DNA of 64,000 nucleotides from assembly GCA_041659045.1 (NCBI GenBank), contig JBAZZB010000002.1:159855-223854 (forward strand), read 5' to 3'. Positions 10,059 to 19,615 of this stretch are shown in pieces (position 1 is the first letter of the stretch; each line of letters begins with the position of its first letter). The translations under genes were made by a program, and so were the position numbers. The DNA comes from Patescibacteria group bacterium (GTDB taxonomy: Bacteria > Patescibacteriota > Patescibacteriia > SG8-24 > DYFX01). Under the pieces are notes generated by a model. The model was not told the origin of the DNA and did not search any database. It saw only the letters and a list, made by a program, of their open reading frames with translations.

Positions 10059-10337
10059 TTACTGTGTCGCCCTCTTCACGATCTCCGGAATGTCGGCCTC
10101 GGTTACACCACCCAACCAAACATCATCCGGTTGAATCGAAACGGTCACGCCCTCGGTACAACGATCAAGGCAACCGGATTTTGAAACGCGAATCGTTAAA
10201 TCCGTTTTCTTCATCTCTTCTTTCAACTTGAGATGCAGTTCTTTCGCACCCTTCATGGCACAGCACTCTTTGCCGTTTTCTTTCTGGTTGGTGCAGACGA
10301 AAACGACCTTCTTATATTTCTTGCCGATGTCTTGCAT
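10059..10337 (-). CDS. Thioredoxin-like [2Fe-2S] ferredoxin
   Basis: Cys pattern VFVCTNQ...CCAMKG...GCLDRCTEG is typical of NuoE-like 2Fe-2S ferredoxins. Confidence 0.65.
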   Translation of the reverse strand: MQDIGKKYKKVVFVCTNQKENGKECCAMKGAKELHLKLKEEMKKTDLTIRVSKSGCLDRCTEGVTVSIQPDDVWLGGVTEADIPEIVKRATQ

Positions 10338-10385
10338 AGTGCGTACACAATAAAGAAAAAGACCCGCGCGCGCAATGGCGGCAGG

Positions 10386-10757
10386 TCAGTCGGTGGCGGC
10401 ATCCTCGGGGGACGGCAGAACGATCGATTGGGCGGCGACACGGGCACGCTCCTCGAGCGTTTCTCTCCGCCCGAGCGTGCGTCCGGCCTCGGCGCCGAGC
10501 AAGAAGATGGTTTCCAAGAGCGTGAACTCGTAGCCCTCGGTCGCCCGGCCGTGATGGCACGTGCGATCGAAGGCCAGAGCGACCTCGTGCGCCGTCGAAT
10601 CCTTGAACACGGGCGCGTGCGTCGAGATTGGCTGGCCGAGCTCCACCATCTCGCCGCGCAGTTTCTCCGGATCTTTCGTGTTCGTCAGATAGACCCGGAG
10701 CGTGCCATCCTCGTCGGATCGGTAGAGAACGAAGCAGGCATTCCGATGATTGATCAC
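10386..10757 (-). CDS. Hypothetical protein (123 aa)
   Basis: ORF with no recognisable motif, co-oriented with the ferredoxin. Confidence 0.4.
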   Translation of the reverse strand: MINHRNACFVLYRSDEDGTLRVYLTNTKDPEKLRGEMVELGQPISTHAPVFKDSTAHEVALAFDRTCHHGRATEGYEFTLLETIFLLGAEAGRTLGRRETLEERARVAAQSIVLPSPEDAATD

Positions 10758-10821
10758 GTGCTTACCTCCGAACCGACCCTAAAAGAAAAACGCCCGGGTG
10801 TCAACCCCGGGCGCATTCTCT

Positions 10822-13800
10822 TCAGTTCTTAGCGATACCAATCTTCAGCGTCTGATCCCCCGCCTCGACTTCCCCTGTCGCGAGTGCGCCGTCGAGGCCT
10901 TCTTTCATTGCATCAGCTTTGACGTCGGTGAGGGCGTCCGTGCCGTGCGCGCCCATGACCTCTTTCCAGAAGCCGTCGAGTCCGTCGACAAGGAGCGTGA
11001 TGCGATCCTGGATCGTGAGCTTCGCTTCTTTGCGGAGCGCGTTCACGGCGCGCGTCAGTTCGCGAGCGGCGCCTTCACGCTTGAGTTCGGGGGTGAGCTC
11101 CGTGTCGAGCTCGACTTCAAACTCGTCGTCTTTCTCGTATGTCGCTTTCTTAACGTTCACTTCCTCAGCAACGATCTCGAGCATCCAATCTTCGAACGTC
11201 CATTCTGCTTCGATCTCCAGACCGGCAAGCACTTGGCGAACATTGATGCCAGCCTTCGCGCGCTTCTCGAGCCCCATCGAGCAAGCTTGACGCACACGCT
11301 TCATCTGCGATGTCAGATTCTCATCAATTGATCCGACCTGCGGCCATTCGTCCAAATGCACCGACTCCTTCTCTCCACCGACTTCGCGGTACAGTCCTTC
11401 CGCGATGTGTGGCGTGAAAGGTGCAAGGAGTTTGGAGACGGTCAGAAGCGTGTGACCGAGCGTCGCGATGGCAGAAGCTTTTTCTTCGTCGGTTCCGTTC
11501 TTGAAACGATCGCGGCTGCGGCGGACGTACCAGGTTGAAAGGTCATTGGTGAAGTCAGCAATTGCGCGACCAGCCGTAACGACGTCGAACTTCTCCAGGC
11601 AATCGGTGACGGTTTTGGTGACGCTCGAAAGTTCGGAGAGTACCCAAGCGTCGAGGGTATGTGCCGGCTTCGGCGCCTCAACAACAGCTTTCGCATTCTC
11701 GCCAGCATACATTTTCCAGAACGATTGCACGTTCCAAAGAATCAAGAACAGTTTCTTGATGACGCCGTCGACCTCCTTCTCGTCGAAGCGCTTGGCTTCG
11801 CCGGGTTGGTTCACGGTGAAAAGATGGAAACGTACCGCGTCAGCGCCGTACTTGGCGAACATGTCCCACGGATTCACCACGTTACCTTTCGATTTCGACA
11901 TCTTCTGGCCTTTGGAGTCCAAAAGATGACCGAGGCAGATGACGTTCTTGTAGGCCGGTTCGCGGCCGAGAAGCGTCGAAACGGCGAGGAGCGTGTAAAA
12001 CCAACCACGCGTCTGGTCGATGGCTTCGGAAATAAAGTCGGCAGGATACGCTTCGCCAGAATCGACTTTTTCCTTGTTCTCAAACGGATAGTGCCACTGC
12101 GCGAACGGCATAGCACCCGAGTCGAACCAAACGTCCATGACTTCAGGCACGCGCTTCATTTCTTTGCCGCATTCGCACGCAATCGTGACAGCGTCGATGA
12201 ACGGCTTGTGCACGTCGAGAGCGCCCTTGTGATCGAACGGCCAGTTCGGAACGGTAAACTCGCGGCCACTGCCCGTTTCCGGATAGCGCGCGCCAAAGTT
12301 TTCGAGCACGCCGGCATTCCACGTACCGCTCAGTGCGGCGTCGAGCACCCAAAGCGGATCGCCGTGCGAGACGATGGCGATCTTCTTGCCTTCATGCGTG
12401 CGGTCGTATTCAAGCACCGCCGCAACCATGCGGGCGCGGACGTCTTCGAGGCACTCCCCTCCTTCGACTGCCTTCGTCATTTTTTCGTCGAGCGATGCGA
12501 ACTGCTTGTTGTACTCCTCTTCGCTCTTACCGTTGAACACGCCAACATTGATTTCGCGCAGACGCGGGTCGAATTTCAACTCGGCACCGGTGATCTCGGC
12601 GAGGAGCTGCGCGGTTTGCGTCGTGCGCTTCAAATCGGAGGCGTAAATAATATCAACGCCGTCTTCTTTCATTCTCTCAGCCGTCGCACGCACCGCCGCT
12701 TCACCTTCCGGCGTCAGGTGGACTTCAAGATCCGTTCGTTCCGGCCAGCACGAGATGTAACCGTTCTGGTTCGACATCGCGCGACCATGACGCACCATGA
12801 AGAAACGGTTCTTCCGGAAACGCTTTTCGTTCATTTCAGCGAGCGAGCCGACGACATGCGTTTTACCGCATTCGCACTCCCAAATCGGCAGCGGCGTGCC
12901 CCAATAGCGGTCGCGAGAGATCGCCCAATCCTTGATACCGCGCAGCCATTCGCCGAAGCGGCCGTCCTTGATGTGCGCCGGTTCCCAGTTGATCTTTTCG
13001 TTGTTAGCGACAAGCTCCTTCTGCAGCTTGCTCATGGCGATGAACCACGAATCTTTCGGGTAATAGAGGAGCGGCGTCGAGCAGCGCCAGCAGAACGGAT
13101 AATCGTGCGTGTATTTTTCTTCCTTGTAGAGGAGTCCGCGATCGGAAAGATCCTTCACGATGTCAGCATCAGTATCTTTCACGAAACGTCCGGCCCACGG
13201 CGTGACTTCCGGAATGAAGGCGCCGTCCAAACCAACCGTCATCAAAACAGGGAAATCGTGTTCCTTGATGACGTTCATGTCGTCCTCACCAAACGGAGCC
13301 ATGTGCACGATGCCGGAGCCGTCGGTCGTCGAAACGAACGAACCCGCCACGACCCAGTGTGCTGGCTTTTCAAGCGGCAAGAAAGAATAGAGCGGTTCGT
13401 ATTGCTGTCCGACGAGATCGGAACCCTTCAACTCTTCGACAATCTCGGCATCTTCAAGCAAGCCAACGCGAGCTTTCGCGACAAAATAGAAATCTCCGCC
13501 CTTCTTGGCTTTGACGTATTCAAGATCGGCACCGACGGCGAGCGCGGTGTTCGAAGGGAGCGTCCATGGCGTCGTCGTCCAGGCGAGGAAATAGGTATTC
13601 GCTTCGTCCTTCACCTTGAAACGGACGTAGACAGAAGTCTCCGTCACTTCCTTATATCCCTGCGCGACTTCGTGCGACGAAAGCGCTGTGCCGCAGCGCG
13701 CGCAGTACGGGACGATCTTGTAGCCTTTGTAGAGAAGATTCTTTTTCTCAACTTCGGCGACGATATTCCAAACGGATTCGATGAACTCGTTCTTGTAGGT

Positions 13801-14232
13801 GACGTAGGGGTGCTCCAAATCGACCCAGTAGCCCATGCGTTTCGTCATCTGCACCCACTCGTCGAGATACTTCCAGACGGACTCGCGGCACTTCTCGTTA
13901 AACTTTTCGACGCCGTAGGCTTCGACGTCTTTCTTATTCTTCAACCCAAGCTGTTTCTCGACTTCGAGTTCGACTGGCAAGCCGTGCGTATCCCAGCCGG
14001 CTTTGCGATCGACATGGTAGCCCTGCATCGTCTTGAAACGCGGGATCAAATCCTTGAAGGCGCGGGCCAAAACATGGTGAATACCAGGCTTGCCGTTGGC
14101 GGTCGGGGGGCCTTCGAAAAAGACAAAAGAGCCTTTTGGGGCTGGTTTTTCAAGCGTTTTCTTGAAAATTCCCTTTTCTTCCCATTCGGCGAGGAGTTGT
14201 TCTTCAAGTTGTGGGAAATTGGGGGCAGCCAT
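10822..14232 (-). CDS. ileS: Isoleucine--tRNA ligase with an inserted histidine-phosphatase (phosphoglycerate-mutase-like) domain
   Basis: Class I aaRS motifs are present: GPPTANGKPGIHH, GWDTHGLP and KMSKSKGN. Residues ~471-660 lie between WECECGK and IACECGK. They carry RHGxxxxN (MVRHGRAMSN), SDLKRTTQTA and VSHGDPL, the hallmarks of a branch-1 histidine phosphatase. Confidence 0.9.
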   Translation of the reverse strand: MAAPNFPQLEEQLLAEWEEKGIFKKTLEKPAPKGSFVFFEGPPTANGKPGIHHVLARAFKDLIPRFKTMQGYHVDRKAGWDTHGLPVELEVEKQLGLKNKKDVEAYGVEKFNEKCRESVWKYLDEWVQMTKRMGYWVDLEHPYVTYKNEFIESVWNIVAEVEKKNLLYKGYKIVPYCARCGTALSSHEVAQGYKEVTETSVYVRFKVKDEANTYFLAWTTTPWTLPSNTALAVGADLEYVKAKKGGDFYFVAKARVGLLEDAEIVEELKGSDLVGQQYEPLYSFLPLEKPAHWVVAGSFVSTTDGSGIVHMAPFGEDDMNVIKEHDFPVLMTVGLDGAFIPEVTPWAGRFVKDTDADIVKDLSDRGLLYKEEKYTHDYPFCWRCSTPLLYYPKDSWFIAMSKLQKELVANNEKINWEPAHIKDGRFGEWLRGIKDWAISRDRYWGTPLPIWECECGKTHVVGSLAEMNEKRFRKNRFFMVRHGRAMSNQNGYISCWPERTDLEVHLTPEGEAAVRATAERMKEDGVDIIYASDLKRTTQTAQLLAEITGAELKFDPRLREINVGVFNGKSEEEYNKQFASLDEKMTKAVEGGECLEDVRARMVAAVLEYDRTHEGKKIAIVSHGDPLWVLDAALSGTWNAGVLENFGARYPETGSGREFTVPNWPFDHKGALDVHKPFIDAVTIACECGKEMKRVPEVMDVWFDSGAMPFAQWHYPFENKEKVDSGEAYPADFISEAIDQTRGWFYTLLAVSTLLGREPAYKNVICLGHLLDSKGQKMSKSKGNVVNPWDMFAKYGADAVRFHLFTVNQPGEAKRFDEKEVDGVIKKLFLILWNVQSFWKMYAGENAKAVVEAPKPAHTLDAWVLSELSSVTKTVTDCLEKFDVVTAGRAIADFTNDLSTWYVRRSRDRFKNGTDEEKASAIATLGHTLLTVSKLLAPFTPHIAEGLYREVGGEKESVHLDEWPQVGSIDENLTSQMKRVRQACSMGLEKRAKAGINVRQVLAGLEIEAEWTFEDWMLEIVAEEVNVKKATYEKDDEFEVELDTELTPELKREGAARELTRAVNALRKEAKLTIQDRITLLVDGLDGFWKEVMGAHGTDALTDVKADAMKEGLDGALATGEVEAGDQTLKIGIAKN

Positions 14233-14316
14233 AAAAGTGTTTTTGCGAGATATAAAGGTACATTAGAGTGGTTTTTAAGGCTTGTAAATGGTCGAAATGT
14301 TGTATACTAGCGCCAT

Positions 14317-14763
14317 ATGATCTACCTCGGTTCCGACCACGCCGGGTTTGGCCTTAAACAGGCCGTTATCCGCCATCTGGATGCTTCAGGAAAAGAATAT
14401 ACGGACCTCGGCAACACCGAGCTCAATCCGACCGATGATTATCCGGATTACGCATTTGCCGTTGGCGAGGCGGTTGTTCAAAACCCCGGGTCGTTCGGCG
14501 TGCTGGTCTGCGGATCGGCGCAGGGCGTCTGCATTGCCGCCAACAAGGTGAAGGGTATCCGCGCCGTCACAGCCCTCTCTCACGAAGAGGCGATCAAAAC
14601 GCGCGAGCACAACAACGCCAATATCGTATGCCTCTCCGGCTGGAACACGGGTGAAGATGATGCTTTCGCGATCGTCGACACCTTCCTTGCCACGCCATTC
14701 ACCGACGATGGTCGTCACGCGCGTCGCATTGAAAAAATCGCCGCTTACGAAAACCATGGTTGA
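14317..14763 (+). CDS. rpiB: Ribose-5-phosphate isomerase B
   Basis: MIYLGSDHAGFGLK...VLVCGSAQGVCIAANK matches the RpiB/LacAB family. Confidence 0.9.
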   Translation: MIYLGSDHAGFGLKQAVIRHLDASGKEYTDLGNTELNPTDDYPDYAFAVGEAVVQNPGSFGVLVCGSAQGVCIAANKVKGIRAVTALSHEEAIKTREHNNANIVCLSGWNTGEDDAFAIVDTFLATPFTDDGRHARRIEKIAAYENHG

Positions 14764-15397
14764 GATCATTCCGGCCATCTTGGCCAAAGACGAAAAAGAA
14801 TTCCGCCGAAAAATCGATTCCATCACCGATCTCTGCGAAACGGTGCAGATCGATGTCATGGACGGAGTCTTTGTCGACAACATCACCTGGGCCGACCCGA
14901 AACGCATCGATCTCATGCGCCTGCCGATGGCGTACGAAGTGCACTTAATGGTAAAAGACCCGCTCGCCAGCCTCGACGCCTGGTCGGTGGCCGGATGCAT
15001 GCGCGCAATCGTGCACGCGGAGGCGGTCGACGATGCTGCTGAAGTACTTCGCCAGATCAAACTCTACGGTATGGAGGCCGGGCTCTCAATTAACCCGGAA
15101 ACATCGATCGCTTCTATTGAAGACGCCATCTCTGAAGCGGATGTTGTGCAAGTCATGGGAGTGCATCCGGGTTGGATGGGTCAGGAATTCCAAACCGTCG
15201 CGATTGAGAAGGTTCGCAAGCTTCGCGAGAAGTTCCCCGAACTCGTGATCGAAGTCGATGGCGGTGTTGCTGTTGGTACCGCACGCGAACTGGCGGAAGC
15301 GGGTGTGGATCGTCTCGTTTCCGGCAGCGCTGTCTTCAATTCCGGCGCTCCTGCCAAGTCGATTGAGGCGCTGCGCGCGGACGCTGAACTTGAGTAG
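14757..15397 (+). CDS. rpe: Ribulose-phosphate 3-epimerase
   Basis: IIPAILAKD...VDVMDG...MGVHPGWMGQEF...EVDGGV. Start at MVEII, overlapping the rpiB stop. Confidence 0.85.
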
Positions 15398-15398
15398 C

Positions 15399-15596
15399 AT
15401 GCGTACTCGCACGCACGCCGCGATCGCGCTCACATTCGCGTTGATCGTTGCAGCCATCTTCATCATCACGCGCGTTCCCGAAGAAAAAGCCCACGTCGTC
15501 TCCCCCGCTGCCGCTTCCTGGGCGCCTCCGGACTGGACTGCGCCGAGCGCGCCACCACCGAATCCACAACTTCCGCCATCGAAAAGCACCCCTTGA
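15399..15596 (+). CDS. Small membrane protein (65 aa) with Pro-rich tail
   Basis: MRTRTHAAIALTFALIVAAIFIIT is one TM helix. A terminator follows. Confidence 0.35.
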   Translation: MRTRTHAAIALTFALIVAAIFIITRVPEEKAHVVSPAAASWAPPDWTAPSAPPPNPQLPPSKSTP

Positions 15597-15612
15597 CCAG
15601 GGGTGTTTTTTG
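15585..15612 (+). terminator. Rho-independent terminator (cacccctgaccaggggtg + TTTTTT)
   Basis: Perfect hairpin plus T-run. Confidence 0.5.
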
Positions 15613-17375
15613 GCCTATACTGGCCTATTATGCGAGCCATTAGCCACTTCCTCATTCGTCTGCTCACCCCCTATAAGAAGACCATTCTTTGGTGTTCTTT
15701 GCTTGCGATTGCGGCCGCGGCTCTGAGCCTCCTCTCACCTATTGCGCTCGGAAAAGCGATCGACGCGGCCAGCCACAAGGAAGCACTCTGGATCGTGCTT
15801 GGCAGTATCTTCGCCTGGCTTCTTCTCGGACATCTTGCCTCGCGTCTGCGCGGCTATTTGAACCGCGAGGGCAACAACATCGCCTACGAAGCCGTAAACG
15901 CGTACAAGCTCGAAGCCGTCGCGGCACTTGTCCGCAAACCTCTCTCCTTCCATTACGGCAAACGCGGCGGCGACGTCACGGAACGCTTGTCGAAATTCGA
16001 AGACGAGCTCGTGAATGTCATCAGCGGCGTCATTTTTGATCTTGGTCCGACGGCGCTCACGATCGTGGCGATTCTCGCCTACCTCACCTGGCTCGACTGG
16101 AAAGTCGCGCTCTTGCTCGGTCTCTCGATTGCCGGCGTCGTCTTCGAAAAAATTCGCACGCTGCCAGCTGCCATGAAAAGCCAAACCGCCTGGCGCGGAG
16201 CCGATCGCGAAGTCGGTTCGACGGCGTGGGATGCGATCAAAAATATTCTTGTCGTGAAATCAACCTCGGCAGAGGCACGTCTTTCGACACGACTCGCGGC
16301 ACTCCGTGAAAAGCTGATGAAGACCGTTCGTTTCGACAACGCCCTCGACGAGCAGATGCACAACAATCAAAACCTGATCATTCAGGTCGGCACAGCACTC
16401 GTACTCGGTGTCGCGCTTCTGAACGTTCATGCAGGCACGTTCTCCATCGGCCAATTTACGGCGATCTCCGCCTACGCTCTGACCGTGTTCGGACACGTTG
16501 GCTGGATTCAGTGGCAGATGCGCAACCTCACTCGCGCGGCCGCAAACCAAAAGGAAATGGAGAAAATCATGGAGGAGCCTGAGGAGGCTTACGACGCCGG
16601 ACGTGATGCCGATATCAAAGGAGGTCTGGAATTCCGCAATGTTCGTTATCGCTACCGCGATGACGTGCCCGTGCTGGAAGATATTTCTTTCTCGGTAAAA
16701 CCAGGCGAGCGCATCGCGCTTGTCGGAGAATCCGGCGAAGGAAAGACGACGTTGATCGACTTAATCGGCCGCTATCACCTGCCGCAAAGCGGAACAATCT
16801 TGTACGACGGTGTCGACGCAAAAGACGTGAACCTTCGCTCACTGCGTTCACAGATCGGCCTCGTGCCGCAGGACTTACCGATGCTCCATGAGTCTGTCGG
16901 CGAGAACATCCGTTATGGACGCCCAGATGCGACCGACGAAGAGCTCCGCGAAGCCGCGCGTCTCGCGAGCCTTGAACCGTTCATCGCCAGCCTGCCGGAC
17001 GGCTACGACACGCTCGTCGGCGAGCGCGGCATGAAACTTTCGGGCGGACAGCGCCAGCGCGTCGCCTTGGCCCGCGCCTTCCTGCGGAATCCGAAAATCC
17101 TGATCCTCGACGAGCCGACATCCAACCTCGACAGTAAAACAGAGGAAGAAATTCAGCGCTCTCTGGAGATCCTGATGCGCGGACGCACGACGTTCATCAT
17201 CGCGCACCGCCTCAGCACCGTTCGCGACGCCGATCGTATCTTGGTTATCAAAGGTGGGCGGGTTGCTGAGCAAGGACGCCACGACGAGCTCGTCGCGAAG
17301 AATGGCGCCTACGCCGCGCTGCTCCGCTCGCAAGGCGGCTTGGTCGCGACGGATGAAATAAAAAAAGAGGAATAA
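15603..17375 (+). CDS. ABC transporter, fused permease/ATP-binding protein (MsbA/exporter type)
   Basis: Six N-terminal TM helices, then Walker A GESGEGKTT, signature LSGGQRQRVALARA and Walker B ILILDEPTSNLD. GTG start at 15603, or ATG at 15630. Confidence 0.85.
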   Translation: MFFGLYWPIMRAISHFLIRLLTPYKKTILWCSLLAIAAAALSLLSPIALGKAIDAASHKEALWIVLGSIFAWLLLGHLASRLRGYLNREGNNIAYEAVNAYKLEAVAALVRKPLSFHYGKRGGDVTERLSKFEDELVNVISGVIFDLGPTALTIVAILAYLTWLDWKVALLLGLSIAGVVFEKIRTLPAAMKSQTAWRGADREVGSTAWDAIKNILVVKSTSAEARLSTRLAALREKLMKTVRFDNALDEQMHNNQNLIIQVGTALVLGVALLNVHAGTFSIGQFTAISAYALTVFGHVGWIQWQMRNLTRAAANQKEMEKIMEEPEEAYDAGRDADIKGGLEFRNVRYRYRDDVPVLEDISFSVKPGERIALVGESGEGKTTLIDLIGRYHLPQSGTILYDGVDAKDVNLRSLRSQIGLVPQDLPMLHESVGENIRYGRPDATDEELREAARLASLEPFIASLPDGYDTLVGERGMKLSGGQRQRVALARAFLRNPKILILDEPTSNLDSKTEEEIQRSLEILMRGRTTFIIAHRLSTVRDADRILVIKGGRVAEQGRHDELVAKNGAYAALLRSQGGLVATDEIKKEE

Positions 17376-17412
17376 AAGAGCCCCGTTCAACCGGGGCTTT
17401 TGCGTACGGCAC
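17376..17412. terminator. Bidirectional terminator (agccccg-ttcaa-ccggggct + TTTT)
   Basis: Hairpin between convergent genes. Confidence 0.5.
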
Positions 17413-17646
17413 CTAGGACGCGTGACCGAACCGCTTCAACGCCGTTTCGTATGCCTCGCTGCCCTTGTATGCGATGTCGCAGCGCTGGGTTCCGTAACTT
17501 CCCTGCTCGCCGTCGTACGCGATCGTGATCTCTTCGCGCGGCATACTTTTGCGCACCAGATAATGCGGCTCGGCGACTTCTCCCAACTTGCCGGTCTTGG
17601 TGTTGATGACGCGGGTTCCGACATCCAAATGCACGTCGTCACGCAT
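17413..17646 (-). CDS. Hypothetical small protein (77 aa)
   Basis: Strong RBS: CAGGAGG 6 nt upstream of the ATG on the minus strand. Confidence 0.5.
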   Translation of the reverse strand: MRDDVHLDVGTRVINTKTGKLGEVAEPHYLVRKSMPREEITIAYDGEQGSYGTQRCDIAYKGSEAYETALKRFGHAS

Positions 17647-17695
17647 GAAAGGCCTCCTGAGAAAACCTGCGATTGTGCTATACTTTTCTTACCAT

Positions 17696-18562
17696 ATGTC
17701 ACACCAAAGCGACAAGCGCATCAAAGAACTGGAACTCATCGCCAACACGCTCCGACGGCACGTGATTGAAATGGTCTCGCACGCCGGCAGCGGCCACCAA
17801 GGTGGACCGCTTGGCATGGCTGATGTTTTTGCTGTGCTCTATTTTCACGCGCTCAATCACGATCCGAAGAACCCGGAATGGGAAGATCGCGATCGTCTGA
17901 TTCTTTCGAACGGCCACACCTGCCCAATCCGCTACGCCGCCATGGCCGAAGCGGGCTACTTCCCTGTCGATGAACTCAAGACGCTCCGACGACTCGGCAC
18001 GCGTCTTCAAGGACACCCGGAACGCCTCAAGCTGCCAGGCTCAGAGACGACCTCGGGACCGCTCGGGGCTGGGCTTGCGCAAGCCGCCGGGCTCGCCTAC
18101 GCCGCCAAGATGGACAAGAAAAAGTGGCGCGTGTTTTGCCAGACATCCGACGGTGAGCACGAAGCCGGTCTCCACTGGGAAGCGATGCTTTTCGCCGGCA
18201 AGTATCGCCTCGATAATCTCGTCTGCATCGTCGACCGCAACAACATTCAAATCGACGGGCGCACCGAGGACATCATGCCGCTTGAGCCGCTCCGCGATAA
18301 ATACGAGGCGTTCAACTGGCACGTTGTTGAATGCAACGGCAACGACGTCGAAGCGGTCGTGGCGGCATTCGAAGCCACGAAGTCGCTCTTCGATAAACCG
18401 ATCTGCATTTTGACCCACAATATCCCGGGCAAAGGCGTCTCCTACATGGAAAACAACTTCCTGTGGCACAGCCAACCCTTTAAGCCCGGTGAAGCGGAAG
18501 CTGCGTACGCCGAACTCGACGCCGCAAAAAAGCAGCTGAAAGCCGAACTTGCCAAGCTATGA
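17696..18562 (+). CDS. Transketolase, N-terminal (thiamine-diphosphate-binding) subunit
   Basis: SGHQGGPLGMADVF, GHPE and GPLGAGL are TPP-binding motifs of a split transketolase. Confidence 0.85.
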   Translation: MSHQSDKRIKELELIANTLRRHVIEMVSHAGSGHQGGPLGMADVFAVLYFHALNHDPKNPEWEDRDRLILSNGHTCPIRYAAMAEAGYFPVDELKTLRRLGTRLQGHPERLKLPGSETTSGPLGAGLAQAAGLAYAAKMDKKKWRVFCQTSDGEHEAGLHWEAMLFAGKYRLDNLVCIVDRNNIQIDGRTEDIMPLEPLRDKYEAFNWHVVECNGNDVEAVVAAFEATKSLFDKPICILTHNIPGKGVSYMENNFLWHSQPFKPGEAEAAYAELDAAKKQLKAELAKL

Positions 18563-19551
18563 TCCGCAAAGAAGCAAAATTGGTCGACCCGCTTCTCGAT
18601 CCGAAAATCGAGCAGAAACCGACGCGTGACGGCTATGGCCACGGCGTTGTTGAAGCAGCCGAAAAAAATCCGAACGTGGTCGTTGTGTGCGCCGACCTGA
18701 CGGATTCGACGCGTAACGCTGATTTCAAAAAGAAGTTCCCGGATCGCTTCGTGCAAGTTGGCGTCCACGAGCAATTCTTGGCCGCGGGCGCAGCCGGACT
18801 CGCCCTCGGCGGCAAGATCCCCTTCATCACCTCGTACGCCATGTTCTGCCCCGGTCGCGCTTGGGAACAAGTGCGCACCAACATTGCCCTCAACGAGGCG
18901 AACGTGAAGATCATTGGCAGCCACGCCGGCGTCTCGGTCGGCCCCGACGGTGCAACGCACCAAGCGATCGAAGACATCGCGATCATGCGGCCGATCCCAG
19001 GCATGGTGATTCTCGCCCCTTGCGATGCGTTGGAAGCCAAAAAAGCCACGCTCGCGATTGCTGAATACAAAGGTCCCTGCTACGTGCGCTTCGCTCGAGA
19101 AAAATCGCCTGTTTTTACCACCGAAGAAACGCCGTTCGAAATCGGCAAAGCCGTAACGCTCCGCTCCGGCAAAGACGTCGCGATCATCGCCTGCGGTCCT
19201 CTGGTCTACCAGGCGCTCGTCGCGGCCGAACAGATGGCCGATGAAGGCCTCGACGTTATGGTGGTGAACTCCCACACGATCAAACCCCTCGACGAAAAAG
19301 CCGTGCTGCACGCCGCCGAGGCCTGCGACGCGATCGTCACGGTCGAGGAACACCAGATCACTGGAGGTCTGGGAGGCGCGGTGGCTGAATATCTCGCCAA
19401 GACCCGACCAACAATTCAGGAATTCGTCGGCGTCCCCAATGTTTTCGGGGAATCCGGCGAACCAAATGAGCTGCTTCGCCATTTCGGCATGGACGCCCCG
19501 GCCATTCGGCAGGCCGTGCGAAAGGCTTACAAGCGGAAAACGCAGCGATAG
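18559..19551 (+). CDS. Transketolase, C-terminal (pyrimidine-binding) subunit
   Basis: RDGYGHGVVEAAEKNPNVVVVCADLTDST...GVHEQ. The start overlaps the N-terminal subunit's stop. Confidence 0.85.
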   Translation: MIRKEAKLVDPLLDPKIEQKPTRDGYGHGVVEAAEKNPNVVVVCADLTDSTRNADFKKKFPDRFVQVGVHEQFLAAGAAGLALGGKIPFITSYAMFCPGRAWEQVRTNIALNEANVKIIGSHAGVSVGPDGATHQAIEDIAIMRPIPGMVILAPCDALEAKKATLAIAEYKGPCYVRFAREKSPVFTTEETPFEIGKAVTLRSGKDVAIIACGPLVYQALVAAEQMADEGLDVMVVNSHTIKPLDEKAVLHAAEACDAIVTVEEHQITGGLGGAVAEYLAKTRPTIQEFVGVPNVFGESGEPNELLRHFGMDAPAIRQAVRKAYKRKTQR

Positions 19552-19615
19552 CATGAACGCCCCGGAAACGGGGCGTTTGTGTTATACTTTCTGCGAAATC
19601 ACTAGTTTTCCACCT

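Noticed and set aside
12253-12822. Possibility that the IleRS insert is an intein
   Set aside because: There is no Cys/Ser/Thr at the N-terminal junction, no His-Asn C-terminal junction, and no LAGLIDADG or HNH endonuclease motifs. Instead it has full His_Phos_1 catalytic motifs, so it is a domain insertion, not a splicing element.
11659-14310. 883-aa plus-strand ORF antisense to ileS
   Set aside because: It lies entirely inside the IleRS gene on the opposite strand. The translation is Arg/Val/Phe-rich, low-complexity nonsense with no motifs. This is a typical antisense artefact of a GC-rich, codon-biased long gene.
14386-15060. 224-aa minus-strand ORF
   Set aside because: Antisense to rpiB/rpe, which have clear family motifs.
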